Notes under the pieces: model-generated
Told to the model about the DNA's origin: nothing
The model's input: the letters and a program-made list of their open reading frames with translations, nothing else
Databases searched by the model: none
Shown: in pieces, positions 1 through 9,077 of the stretch
Layout: every line of letters begins with the position of its first letter
How positions within the stretch are numbered: the stretch's first letter is position 1
Translations under genes and position numbers: made by a program
Assembly (NCBI GenBank): GCA_002305585.1
Contig: DBPN01000046.1
Coordinates: 32,014 to 80,694 of the forward strand
Direction: 5' to 3'
Length of the DNA: 48,681 nucleotides
Source: Eggerthellales bacterium UBA1419
GTDB lineage: Bacteria > Actinomycetota > Coriobacteriia > Coriobacteriales > UBA8131

Positions 1-5
1 CTAGT

Positions 6-42
6 CGAGAAAAGAACAACCCGCGCCTAGCGCGGGTTGTTC
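6..42 (-). terminator. Rho-independent terminator downstream of rpmB
   Basis: There is a perfect 12-bp stem, GAACAACCCGCG (14-25) pairing with CGCGGGTTGTTC (31-42), around a 5-nt loop. On the minus strand the hairpin is followed by TTTTCTCG (13-6). It lies about 30 nt past the rpmB stop codon. Confidence 0.7.
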
Positions 43-70
43 ACGTCGCATCCTCGATAAACGCAATGGT

Positions 71-259
71 TTAGCCGCGTTGGACTTTACCGGCTTTCAT
101 ACACTTGGTGCAAACGTTCGCTTTGGCAACGTGACCGTCAACCTTGATAGTGACCTTTTGCACATTGGGCTTATAGACACGGTTGGTTACGCGATGTGAA
201 TGACTTACATTCCTGCCCGCTACGGGGTGCTTGCCGCATACAGAACATACCTTAGACAT
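71..259 (-). CDS. rpmB: 50S ribosomal protein L28 (zinc-ribbon C+ form)
   Basis: The sequence MSKVCSVCGKHPVAGRNVSHSHRVTNR...CTKCMK matches the L28 signature with CxxC...CxxC cysteines. I chose the ATG at 259 because GAGGAG (271-266) lies 6 nt upstream. The ORF-track start at 283 adds 8 residues that are unlikely to be real. Confidence 0.9.
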   Translation of the reverse strand: MSKVCSVCGKHPVAGRNVSHSHRVTNRVYKPNVQKVTIKVDGHVAKANVCTKCMKAGKVQRG

Positions 260-368
260 CATGGACTCCTCAATCAGCGACAATACCGCCGCGTATCAGA
301 CAAAAGCCTAGAAATTTTAACCCACTGTCATCATAGATGCAAGTTTTAATCAGAGAAAGGCAGCGATT

Positions 369-572
369 CTATTGATTGACCTTGCGCTCAATCTCCTCTT
401 GGACATCCTTGGCAGCTTCTTTGGCATCATCGGCGACGTCCTTGGCAAACTCCATCGCATTCTCAGCAGCATCCTGCAAGGCTTCTTTGGCATCTTCGGC
501 CTTGTCCTTCAAGAATTCCAACGCATCTCCCGCTGCATCCTCGATCTTGTCCTTCAAATCGTCCATCGTCAA
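369..572 (-). CDS. Small (67 aa) highly acidic helical tandem-repeat protein, YtxH/LEA-like in character, function unknown
   Basis: Two ~22-aa repeats are visible: EDAAGDALEFLKDKAEDAKEAL and QDAAENAMEFAKDVADDAKEAA. The gene sits directly upstream of rpmB on the same strand. The ORFs on the opposite strand (372-633) are mirror artefacts of this low-complexity sequence. Confidence 0.55.
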   Translation of the reverse strand: MTMDDLKDKIEDAAGDALEFLKDKAEDAKEALQDAAENAMEFAKDVADDAKEAAKDVQEEIERKVNQ

Positions 573-641
573 CTCCTTTCATACTGCAACAACGGTTTAT
601 TACCTTAATGATAATACGAATATCATCAATTAGGATGGAGA

Positions 642-2111
642 ATGACAGAAGACACCCGCAGTTGCGCACAAAAGGTCAAGCTCGAGCACCACAATTCTGC
701 TACCATTATCGATATGGATAGCCTATTTCATGAAATCGGAACATCTGCCTTAGGAGCCGTGGCTCCGTTGGCCGTACGCATGCGTCCAACGTCTTTAGAT
801 GAGCTGGTGGGTCAGAGTGAGGTGGTAGGTGCTGGCACTTGGCTCAGGAACGCCATCGACGAGGATACGCTCTCATCGATAATCATCTTTGGTCCGGCTG
901 GAACCGGCAAGACTACTTTGGCCCGTATAATCGCACAGACGACTAAGGCCCACTTCACCGAGGTCAGCGCGATAAGCGGAGGCGTTGCCGATCTGCGCCG
1001 CGTCATCGATGAGGCATCGAAGCGGCTGATGCTTGGCAACATGCGCACCATCCTCTTCGTCGATGAGATACATCGCTTCTCACGCTCGCAGCAAGACGCC
1101 CTTTTGCACGCGGTTGAGGATCGGGTGTTGATCCTAATCGGTGCTACAACCGAGAACCCCTTCTTTGAGGTTAATACCGCACTGCTCTCACGTAGCAGGG
1201 TCATCGAGTTCAAGGAGCTGACAGATGCGGATATCCGTCAGATCGTGATCCGTTCCCTGAGCAGTGAGAAGGGGTTATCGGGCGCATACACTCTCACGGG
1301 CAAGGCTCTAGACGCCATTACCATCATGGCCGGCGGGGATGCCCGAGCGGCATTAACGACACTGGAGTTGGCAGCCGAAGTCGCCTTGGATCACGGTTCC
1401 CTTAGCCCAGATGACCTTTTGGAGTTGCGCGATCCCGTTCAGACGCAGGCACCAGAAAAGCACTCTACTTCCCTATATATCACCACCGCGACCGTGCTTG
1501 AGGCCTCGCCGCGCCGCAGTCTACCATACGACAAGAAAGGCGATGTCCACTACGATGTGATCTCGGCTTTCATCAAATCGATGCGTGGTTCCGACCCGGA
1601 CGCGGCTGTCTACTGGTTGGCAAGGATGATAGAAGGCGGAGAGGATCCCAAGTTCATCGCCCGTCGCATCTTGATCTTCGCGAGCGAGGATGTTGGTAAT
1701 GCCGACCCGCAGGCTCTGCTCATAGCTCATGCAGCCTTTAAGGCCACCGAATCGATAGGTTATCCGGAGTGCCAACTCAACCTGAGCCAGGCTGCCATCT
1801 ATATGGCTCTGGCGCCAAAGTCAAACAGTGCCACAGACGCTATCTATGCGGCTCGCAGTGAGGTAAGGAGTGGGCCATTGCGTCAGGTGCCAAACCACCT
1901 GCGTGATAGACATCGACCCGGAGCGGAAAGCTACGATCGTTACCAGTACCCTCATCTCGATCCTAGGGGCTGGGTTTCCCAGCGTTATCTGCCTGAAGGT
2001 TTAGAGAAAGGCGCTTTCTACCACCCATCCGAACGAGGTTGGGAGGCTTATCGCAGTGAGGCGACTATCCGAGACAGGTTGGAAGACGAGCCCGACAAGC
2101 AGGGATTATAG
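642..2111 (+). CDS. rarA: Replication-associated recombination protein A (AAA+ ATPase RarA/MgsA)
   Basis: The protein has Walker A GPAGTGKTT, Walker B FVDEIHRF, and the MgsA C-terminal domain (YDVISAFIKSMRGSDPDAAVYWLARM). The start could instead be the internal ATG at 714. Confidence 0.9.
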   Translation: MTEDTRSCAQKVKLEHHNSATIIDMDSLFHEIGTSALGAVAPLAVRMRPTSLDELVGQSEVVGAGTWLRNAIDEDTLSSIIIFGPAGTGKTTLARIIAQTTKAHFTEVSAISGGVADLRRVIDEASKRLMLGNMRTILFVDEIHRFSRSQQDALLHAVEDRVLILIGATTENPFFEVNTALLSRSRVIEFKELTDADIRQIVIRSLSSEKGLSGAYTLTGKALDAITIMAGGDARAALTTLELAAEVALDHGSLSPDDLLELRDPVQTQAPEKHSTSLYITTATVLEASPRRSLPYDKKGDVHYDVISAFIKSMRGSDPDAAVYWLARMIEGGEDPKFIARRILIFASEDVGNADPQALLIAHAAFKATESIGYPECQLNLSQAAIYMALAPKSNSATDAIYAARSEVRSGPLRQVPNHLRDRHRPGAESYDRYQYPHLDPRGWVSQRYLPEGLEKGAFYHPSERGWEAYRSEATIRDRLEDEPDKQGL

Positions 2112-2210
2112 GATGATCAAAGACCGGTCTGCTTGATGTCTCACCTGTTGCTTGAGAATTCATCCATATGATGACGCTGGCAGGCTGTGGTCTAAAAAGC
2201 ACGTGCATTC

Positions 2211-2219
2211 TGCTATGAT
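2211..2219 (+). promoter_or_regulatory. Candidate extended -10 promoter element (TGcTATGAT) upstream of the DUF948 gene
   Basis: TG at 2211-2212 plus TATGAT at 2214-2219 lies 34 nt upstream of the ATG at 2253, inside a 141-bp intergenic gap. There is no convincing -35 element. Confidence 0.3.
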
Positions 2220-2252
2220 TGAGGCACTTCGGTTCGTCGAAAGAGGTGTGTC

Positions 2253-2954
2253 ATGGCAGACTGGTTTCCACTCATACTCTATATCCTGGGTGCCATACTG
2301 GTAGTGGTCCTCATCTGGGCTTTCATCGAGTTCGCGCTGACTATCCGGCGTACGCGGACTACGGTCAAGAACCTTGACCCCACAATAGAGAAAGTCAATT
2401 CGATCATCGCTTCGCTTGAGCCTTCCAGTAAACGCATCGATCCCTTGCTCGAGCGGGTATCACTGACAGTCGATGCCGTCAATCTGGAGATAATGCGTGC
2501 AGATCAGATTCTCTCTGATGTCTCCGATGTCACTGGGACGTTGAGTGGGACAATCACCAAGGTCACTGATATCACCGACGCGCCGCTTAACCTGCTCAGC
2601 AGTGCCGCAGACAAGGTTCGCGATATCTTCACTGGCAAGAAATCCACAGCAGAGCCTGCTGAGGGGCTCATGGCCAAGGCATCAGAGAACCGGGATGTCA
2701 GCACGTCGACAGGGCAGGTCGATGATGTCCATGAGCCGGAATCGGCGGAGCGTCCAAACGATGTCGATGGGTCGGCGCCAAAAGAGCAAGTTGCTACTCG
2801 CAAGATCAGCGGCAGCGGCTACTTCAATTATCCACAGACAACACCTGCGAAGATGTCGGATGACGCTATCTCGGCTATTGAAGACGAGCTCGATGTTGAT
2901 GCCAGCAGATCAGGCAAGGCCGACCCAGTAGATTTCAATCCGGATGTATCCTGA
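2253..2954 (+). CDS. DUF948-like membrane-anchored protein with a long acidic disordered C-terminal tail
   Basis: An N-terminal TM segment (WFPLILYILGAILVVVLIWAFIEF) is followed by a helical region (TVKNLDPTIEKVNSIIASLEP...VDAVNLEI) typical of DUF948. The C-terminal ~110 aa are rich in D/E/S/P. Confidence 0.6.
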   Translation: MADWFPLILYILGAILVVVLIWAFIEFALTIRRTRTTVKNLDPTIEKVNSIIASLEPSSKRIDPLLERVSLTVDAVNLEIMRADQILSDVSDVTGTLSGTITKVTDITDAPLNLLSSAADKVRDIFTGKKSTAEPAEGLMAKASENRDVSTSTGQVDDVHEPESAERPNDVDGSAPKEQVATRKISGSGYFNYPQTTPAKMSDDAISAIEDELDVDASRSGKADPVDFNPDVS

Positions 2955-4149
2955 AAGGCAAGATTTGAAAGCGTCTGCAGAGCGTATTCGTAGAAGTTTC
3001 TTCTTGGTCTGGTCCATAATCGGCGTATTGCTGCTATTGGTTGCCTGTGGCTATGTGCTGGGGCAAGTCTGGACTGCGATATCGATCATCCTCTTCTCGG
3101 CATTCCTGGTCTTCATCATGCGCGCACCGGTTGCACAATTGGAGAAACGAGGCGTGCCGCGTATCTTGGGCACGGCGATATCGTTTGTCGGCGCCTTCCT
3201 GATCGTGGCGGCGATAGTTCTGATATTCGCGCCCATTATCTGGGGACAGATCGTTGGGCTACTGTCGTTGATACCTCAGTATATTGAGCAATCGCAGGAT
3301 TTCTGGAATGACATCTACCAGAAGTATAGCTACCTGCTGGAGGATAACACCATTAAACAACTCGTAGCTCAAGCGGCGACTGAGGTGTCGCGTTGGGCTG
3401 CGAACACCGCGTCAGTCTCAGCCAGTAGCGTGTTCACTGTAGGCGCCAATCTAGTGGTGGCAGTTGTGGTGATGACCGTCTCACTGGTGGTCTGCTTCTG
3501 GATCCTAAAGGATCTGCCGCGTATCAGCCGGGAATTGTTGGTCCTGATCGGACCGCGTTTTGCTCCTGATGCCCGCTTCATCGCCACAACGTGCGCACGT
3601 TCGTTGGGTGGCTACATCAAGGGCATGGTTATCGCCTGTATCTGCACTGGGACCATCAGCGGCATCGGCTTTGCGATTGTTGGACTACCTTATCCTGCGG
3701 TACTTGGTCTGTTTGCGGGGTTGATGAACTTCATCCCCTTTGTCGGACCTTGGGTATCAGGTATCGTTGTCGGCGCAATCGGCTTGTTCAATGGTCCGAT
3801 TGTAGCCTTGCTCAGCGTGCTTTGCCTGATCATCGCTCAGCAGACGACGGATAATTTCATCTCACCAAGGGTGATGTCCTATGCAGTGGAGTTGCATCCC
3901 GCAGTTGTCCTGGTCGTTTTAATCGCCGGTGGCGCCCTTGGAGGCGCATTGGGGATCTTGGCCGCGATACCATTGACATCGGCAGTCAAGACGATTTTCG
4001 TACATTATTTCCAAAAACGCACTGGCCGGCAGTTGATGTCGGTTGATGGAGCGATCTTCAGGGGAACGCCTGCTGTCGCAGAAGAGACAGAGAAGCCTGC
4101 TGTCGCAGAGGCTGAGGATAAGTCGGAGAAAGTCAAGGAGACGAAGTGA
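2944..4149 (+). CDS. AI-2E family (PerM/UPF0118) transporter
   Basis: The protein is polytopic, with NFIPFVGPWVSGIVVG and ISPRVM motifs typical of the family. It overlaps the previous gene by 11 nt. The C-terminal tail carries a PAVAE x2 repeat. Confidence 0.8.
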   Translation: MYPERQDLKASAERIRRSFFLVWSIIGVLLLLVACGYVLGQVWTAISIILFSAFLVFIMRAPVAQLEKRGVPRILGTAISFVGAFLIVAAIVLIFAPIIWGQIVGLLSLIPQYIEQSQDFWNDIYQKYSYLLEDNTIKQLVAQAATEVSRWAANTASVSASSVFTVGANLVVAVVVMTVSLVVCFWILKDLPRISRELLVLIGPRFAPDARFIATTCARSLGGYIKGMVIACICTGTISGIGFAIVGLPYPAVLGLFAGLMNFIPFVGPWVSGIVVGAIGLFNGPIVALLSVLCLIIAQQTTDNFISPRVMSYAVELHPAVVLVVLIAGGALGGALGILAAIPLTSAVKTIFVHYFQKRTGRQLMSVDGAIFRGTPAVAEETEKPAVAEAEDKSEKVKETK

Positions 4150-6767
4150 AGAGTTCTGAGATCAGGGAGAGATATCTGGCATTCTTCGAGGAGAAGGGCT
4201 GCAAGCGGATGCCCTCAAGCTCGCTGATCCCAGATGATCCCTCAATGCTATTGACTTCTGCTGGGATGGTGCAGTTCAAGCCATACTTCCTACAGCAGAA
4301 ACAGCTGGAGAAACCTTACATCGGCACAACAACTGTGCAGAAGTGCCTGCGAACCACCGATATCGAGAACATCGGCGTAACTGGACGGCATCTGAGTTTC
4401 TTTGAGATGTTGGGCAATTTCTCCTTTGGCGATTATTTCAAACAGGAGATGTGTGCGTGGGCCTATGAGTTCTGTACTGAGGTGCTCAAGTTCGATCCAC
4501 AGCGATTGCGCTTCACCGTGTATCTGGATGATGATGAGACCGAGCAGATCTGGCAATCTTTGGGAGTGCCTCTAGATCGTATCACCCGTTTGGGCGCTGA
4601 GGATAACTTCTGGACAGCAGGACCCACTGGGCCCTGTGGACCCTGCTCGGAACTTTATTATGACCAGGGTCCCGAGGTTGGCTGTGGCCGTCCTGGATGT
4701 GCCCCCGGCTGCGATTGTGATCGTTTCCTGGAATTCTGGAATTGTGTGTTCACGCAATATGATCGCCAAGAGGATGGCACACTGGTGCCTTTGCCTAAGA
4801 AGAACATCGACACCGGTATGGGTTTGGAGCGTGTCGCAGCCCTGATGCAGGGTGTCAGTTCGAACTATGAGACAGATATCCTGCGCAGACTGATTGCCGT
4901 GGGCGAGCGTCTGAGCGGCAAAGACTACAAAGTTGATGCTGCCACCGATCTCTCATTGCGGATACTCGCCGATCATTCACGCGCGGTCACCTTCATGATC
5001 GCCGACGGCATCCTGCCCTCAAATGAGGGACGGGGTTATGTGTTACGCCGGCTGCTGCGTAGAGCGATGCGACATGGTCAGTTGATTGGTATCGAGCCAC
5101 CTTTCCTCAACAACTACCTGCTTGCTGTGATTGAGGAGATGGGCTCGATCTACCCTGAGCTGAAGGAGAACGAGAGTCTGATCGCCCGTGTGATGGTGGC
5201 CGAGGAAGAGCGTTTTGCCCAAACCTTGCGTCAGGGTCAGGCGTTTCTTGACCAGGCTTTGAGTCGGTTGAACAAGGGTGATGTGCTTGACGGCAAGTCC
5301 GCTTTCGAGTTGCATGATCGCTATGGATTCCCCATTGACCTTACGGTAGAGATCGCTGCCGAGCAGGGTTTCTCCGTTGACCGCGCAGGCTTTGACACAC
5401 ATATGGAAGAGCAGAGACAGCGCGCGCGTTCGCATGTCAAGGATGAAGCCTGGAATACCTATGGCGGTGTATTCAGCGACATCCTCAATGAATTCGGAGC
5501 CACCACGTTCATCGGTTATGAGCTGCATCAAGCCGAGGCGACCGTTGTTGCCTTGATCGTCGATGGTGAGAGGGTGAGTAGTATCGAAGAGGGTACTCAA
5601 GCTCAGGTTGTCCTGGATCGAACGCCCTTCTATGGTGAGATGGGCGGTCAGGTGGGGGATACAGGCGAGATGAACGGAAGCAGTGGCGCCTTATTCTCGG
5701 TTGCAGATACGCGGATCTATGAAGGCAGTGTCTTTGCGCATATCGGTTCGGTTGATGGTGTGTTGAGCGTTGGCGATAAGGTTGAGGTGAGGATCGACAG
5801 CCTCAGGCGTGAGCGGATCCAGAGGAATCATACCGCGACCCATCTACTGCATCATGTCCTGCAACAGGTTTTGGGTGAGCACGTCAGGCAGGCTGGCTCG
5901 TTGGTTGCCCCGGACAGGTTGCGATTCGATTTCACCCACTTCGAGCAGATCACCACGGAGCAGCTGCAGAGGATTGAGCAGATGGTCAACGATTTGATCA
6001 TGGAAGATGGCGATGTCAGCTCCTATGAGACATCGCTGGATGAAGCGCGACAGTCAGGTGTAACAGCTCTGTTCGGTGAGAAATACGGTGAGCACGTCCG
6101 TGTACTCAAAGCTGGCGAGAGTTCACGCGAGTTGTGCGGCGGTACTCATGTCAATCACACTGGTCAGATCGGTTTCGTCAAGATACTCAGTGAATCTTCG
6201 GTAGGCGCGAACCTGCGTCGCATTGAGGCTGTTACCAGTTTCGATGCATTGAGATATGTCAACCGTATCGAGAATGAGCTCCGTGAAGCCGCGACGGCCC
6301 TTAAAGCACCATTATTCACAGTATCTGAGCGAGTCGAGAGCATTCAGGCGCGCATCCATGAGCTGGAAGATGAACTCAAGCGGGAGAAGAAGGCCTCGAC
6401 GAGTGGAGAGGTTGCCTTGCTGGTGGAAGGCGCGATCGATGTGGGATATCCACTGGTGGTGGCGCGGATCGATGGTTTGGACGTCGAGGGTTTGCGTGAT
6501 GCTTGGGACGCCCTGCACATGCAGTTAGGTGATAGTTCGGCTGTGGTCTTGGGCAGTCAGTCACCTGAAGGTTCTCCGCTTTTACTGGCTGCAGGGTCGT
6601 CAGCAGCAGTCCAGGCAGGATTTGATGCCGGTGCGCTGATAAAGCGGATATCTCCGGCAATCAAAGGCGGTGGTGGAGGCAAACCGGCCATGGCTCAGGC
6701 AGGAGGCAAGGACATCAGCGGATTGGACAACGCGCTCGAACAGGCTAGGCTGGCATTCGATCGTTGA
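4146..6767 (+). CDS. alaS: Alanine--tRNA ligase
   Basis: The 873-aa product carries FFEEKGC, a class II catalytic core, HTATHLLH and CGGTHV editing motifs, and a C-terminal DHHA1 GGGG region. The GTG start overlaps the upstream stop (GTGA). Confidence 0.97.
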   Translation: MKSSEIRERYLAFFEEKGCKRMPSSSLIPDDPSMLLTSAGMVQFKPYFLQQKQLEKPYIGTTTVQKCLRTTDIENIGVTGRHLSFFEMLGNFSFGDYFKQEMCAWAYEFCTEVLKFDPQRLRFTVYLDDDETEQIWQSLGVPLDRITRLGAEDNFWTAGPTGPCGPCSELYYDQGPEVGCGRPGCAPGCDCDRFLEFWNCVFTQYDRQEDGTLVPLPKKNIDTGMGLERVAALMQGVSSNYETDILRRLIAVGERLSGKDYKVDAATDLSLRILADHSRAVTFMIADGILPSNEGRGYVLRRLLRRAMRHGQLIGIEPPFLNNYLLAVIEEMGSIYPELKENESLIARVMVAEEERFAQTLRQGQAFLDQALSRLNKGDVLDGKSAFELHDRYGFPIDLTVEIAAEQGFSVDRAGFDTHMEEQRQRARSHVKDEAWNTYGGVFSDILNEFGATTFIGYELHQAEATVVALIVDGERVSSIEEGTQAQVVLDRTPFYGEMGGQVGDTGEMNGSSGALFSVADTRIYEGSVFAHIGSVDGVLSVGDKVEVRIDSLRRERIQRNHTATHLLHHVLQQVLGEHVRQAGSLVAPDRLRFDFTHFEQITTEQLQRIEQMVNDLIMEDGDVSSYETSLDEARQSGVTALFGEKYGEHVRVLKAGESSRELCGGTHVNHTGQIGFVKILSESSVGANLRRIEAVTSFDALRYVNRIENELREAATALKAPLFTVSERVESIQARIHELEDELKREKKASTSGEVALLVEGAIDVGYPLVVARIDGLDVEGLRDAWDALHMQLGDSSAVVLGSQSPEGSPLLLAAGSSAAVQAGFDAGALIKRISPAIKGGGGGKPAMAQAGGKDISGLDNALEQARLAFDR

Positions 6768-7225
6768 GTATGAGGATCCTGGCACTGGATATCGGAGAGA
6801 AACGCACAGGGATTGCCGTCTCAGATGCAGACGGGAAGGTGGCGATGCCCGTGAAGGTGCTGTCGACCGCCGAGGTTATGGGCGCTTCAGCAAGCTTCAA
6901 ACGCGTGATCGAGGATTATCAGCCAGAACTGCTGCTCTTTGGCCTCCCTGTCACACTTGCCGGACAGGAGGGTCCCCAGGCTAAAAGGGTGCGGGAGCAG
7001 GCTGAGTCAATCAGCGCGCAAACGGGTTTGCCGTCGGTTTACTTCGACGAACGTCTTTCGAGCACGCAAGCGAAACGGATATTGCGTGAAAACGGGCACT
7101 CAGAGCGTTCGATGCGCGGTAAAACCGATATGATAGCCGCATCGCTTCTTCTCCAGGCTTATCTGGAGGCTCATGATGTCGATTCCACAGATGCCAACGG
7201 GCATCGAATGGGACCTATGGAATGA
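6764..7225 (+). CDS. ruvX: Holliday-junction resolvase-like / pre-16S rRNA nuclease YqgF
   Basis: The N-terminus RILALDIGEKRTGIAVSD fits the family, and alaS-ruvX-mltG is a conserved gene order. The start is either the TTG at 6764 (TTGA overlap with alaS) or the ATG at 6770. Confidence 0.9.
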   Translation: MSMRILALDIGEKRTGIAVSDADGKVAMPVKVLSTAEVMGASASFKRVIEDYQPELLLFGLPVTLAGQEGPQAKRVREQAESISAQTGLPSVYFDERLSSTQAKRILRENGHSERSMRGKTDMIAASLLLQAYLEAHDVDSTDANGHRMGPME

Positions 7226-7240
7226 ACGGATAGATAACCT

Positions 7241-8509
7241 ATGGCAGAATATCGTGGCAAACACCACAGCGGCTCCGAGTCCGATCAAGGCTCAGAGCCT
7301 ACCCGCAGGGACAGAACGCGCCAAAGCGTTAACAGCACTCCAGCGGGCAATCAACCGCGCCGCTCCTATAGCGGCAAGCGTTCGCGCAGCGCGCATCGTC
7401 AGGCGGCGCGACAGTTCTCCTCGTATGATACGTCGGCAATCCGAACGCGACGCATGAGTCCTGTCGCGACAGTTGCGAGTATCGTGGTAGCTTTGGTTAT
7501 CCTTGCTGGACTGGTCTTTGGTGGCATCAAGCTCTATGAGTATTTCTCGGCCGGTCAAGCTCAGGATGTTGAACCTGGACAAACGGTGACCGTGACAATC
7601 GAAGAGGGCTCCTCAACCTCTGTCATCGCGAGCGCGTTGAAGAAAGCAGGAGTCATCTCCGATGAGACAAGCTTCAAGAACGCTGTAGCTTCTCGTGAAG
7701 TTGACAATGCGCTTAAGCCAGGCGAATATCAGCTGGTCACCGGTATGGATATGGATGCTCTCATCGACAAGCTGGTTGCCGGTCCAGTGGAGATGGTTGA
7801 GGGCAATCGACTCACAATCCCTGAAGGCCTGACCATAGAACAGACCGCGCAGACTGTTGAGCAGGCAACGGGGATATCCGCCAGCGAATTCACCGACCTG
7901 GCACATTCCGCTGACCTGTTCATCGATGAGTATCCCTTCCTCGAGGGCGCATACGATAACTCCCTCGAAGGATTCCTGTACCCCAAGACTTATGTCATCC
8001 CTTATCAGGCGACTGCTGCCGATGTGATCACCACGCTCCTCGATCAATTCCAGATCGAGACGGCCAGTCTGGACTTCTCCTATGCGACGGAGCACAATCT
8101 GACTCTATTCGACGTTGTTACTATCGCCTCTCTGATCGAGAGGGAGACGCGTCTTGATGAGGAGCGTCCGCTGATCGCCTCAGTGGTATACAACCGTCTG
8201 CACGATGGCATGCGCCTGCAGATCGACGCGACCGTACTCTATGCCCTGGGAAACCCCGCCGATAAGCAATATCTCTACAACGACGATCTGCTTGTTGACA
8301 GTCCTTACAATACCTATGCTATCGATGGTCTGCCAGCTGGACCGATCTGTTCACCAAGACTGGCCTCAATCGATGCGGCTGCCCATCCCTCTGACACGAG
8401 CTTTCTCTACTATGTGATCACATCCGAGGAGGGTACTCATACCTTCTGCGAGACCGAGGATGAGTTCTATGCGGCAAAAGCGCAATACCAGAGCCTTTTG
8501 GAACAGTGA
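7241..8509 (+). CDS. mltG: Endolytic murein transglycosylase MltG (YceG family)
   Basis: A ~75-aa basic disordered N-terminus and a single TM precede a YceG domain with GFLYPKTY and ASLIERE motifs. Confidence 0.88.
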   Translation: MAEYRGKHHSGSESDQGSEPTRRDRTRQSVNSTPAGNQPRRSYSGKRSRSAHRQAARQFSSYDTSAIRTRRMSPVATVASIVVALVILAGLVFGGIKLYEYFSAGQAQDVEPGQTVTVTIEEGSSTSVIASALKKAGVISDETSFKNAVASREVDNALKPGEYQLVTGMDMDALIDKLVAGPVEMVEGNRLTIPEGLTIEQTAQTVEQATGISASEFTDLAHSADLFIDEYPFLEGAYDNSLEGFLYPKTYVIPYQATAADVITTLLDQFQIETASLDFSYATEHNLTLFDVVTIASLIERETRLDEERPLIASVVYNRLHDGMRLQIDATVLYALGNPADKQYLYNDDLLVDSPYNTYAIDGLPAGPICSPRLASIDAAAHPSDTSFLYYVITSEEGTHTFCETEDEFYAAKAQYQSLLEQ

Positions 8510-8524
8510 CCGTGACAACAAGAG

Positions 8525-9037
8525 ATGGCTACCGTGACTAAGACCGGTTTCTTCCAACCCGATGAGTTCCTGTCGTCAATTGAATCGGTTGATCCGCAGG
8601 ACCTGGTTGCCAAGGGTTACCGTGCGGTTCTGCTCGATGTTGACAATACGCTGGTGCCCAGGGATACCAAACAGATCCCGGAAACAGTTGAGCAGTGGAT
8701 CACTGCAGCCAAGGACAGCGGTCTGTCCATCTGCCTGCTATCCAACAACTGGCACAAGTCGGTGTTCTCCTATGCCGAGCAATTAGAATTACCCTGTATC
8801 TATAAGGCGATGAAACCGGTACCGATTGCCTTCTTCGCTGCCTTGAGGCGAATTGGAGCGAAGAAGAAGCAGACCATAGTCATCGGCGATCAGCTGCTAA
8901 CGGACGTATTGGGCGCGCATCTGGCCGGTATGCCGGCTATCATGGTTAGCCCACGAGCTCGTAAAGACCTCTGGCACACCTTGTTGCTTCGCCGCCTGGA
9001 GCGCGTGTTGATGGGGGACCGTCAGCCGGAGAGATGA
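8525..9037 (+). CDS. YqeG-family HAD-IIIA phosphatase
   Basis: The protein has LLDVDNTLV (DxDxT), LLSNN and GDQLLTDVLGA motifs. It sits upstream of aroE, as in the Bacillus yqeG operon. Confidence 0.85.
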   Translation: MATVTKTGFFQPDEFLSSIESVDPQDLVAKGYRAVLLDVDNTLVPRDTKQIPETVEQWITAAKDSGLSICLLSNNWHKSVFSYAEQLELPCIYKAMKPVPIAFFAALRRIGAKKKQTIVIGDQLLTDVLGAHLAGMPAIMVSPRARKDLWHTLLLRRLERVLMGDRQPER

Positions 9038-9077
9038 TCGGAAAAGTTGGGACAGCACACAGGAGAGGGAAAATAAA

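Noticed and set aside
372-633. Two + strand ORFs (78 and 85 aa) opposite the small acidic protein
   Set aside because: They are mirror images of a GA/GC-periodic repeat and give Leu/Ser/Ala-rich nonsense peptides. The minus-strand reading has an SD-like sequence and sits in an operon-like position with rpmB.
5043-5600. A 185-aa minus-strand ORF inside alaS. Similar long antisense ORFs occur at 9423-10100, 17550-18128, 19229-19786, 22808-23422 and 23310-23816.
   Set aside because: All are antisense to genes with unambiguous motifs. None has an SD, a motif or a plausible composition. I treat them as frame artefacts.
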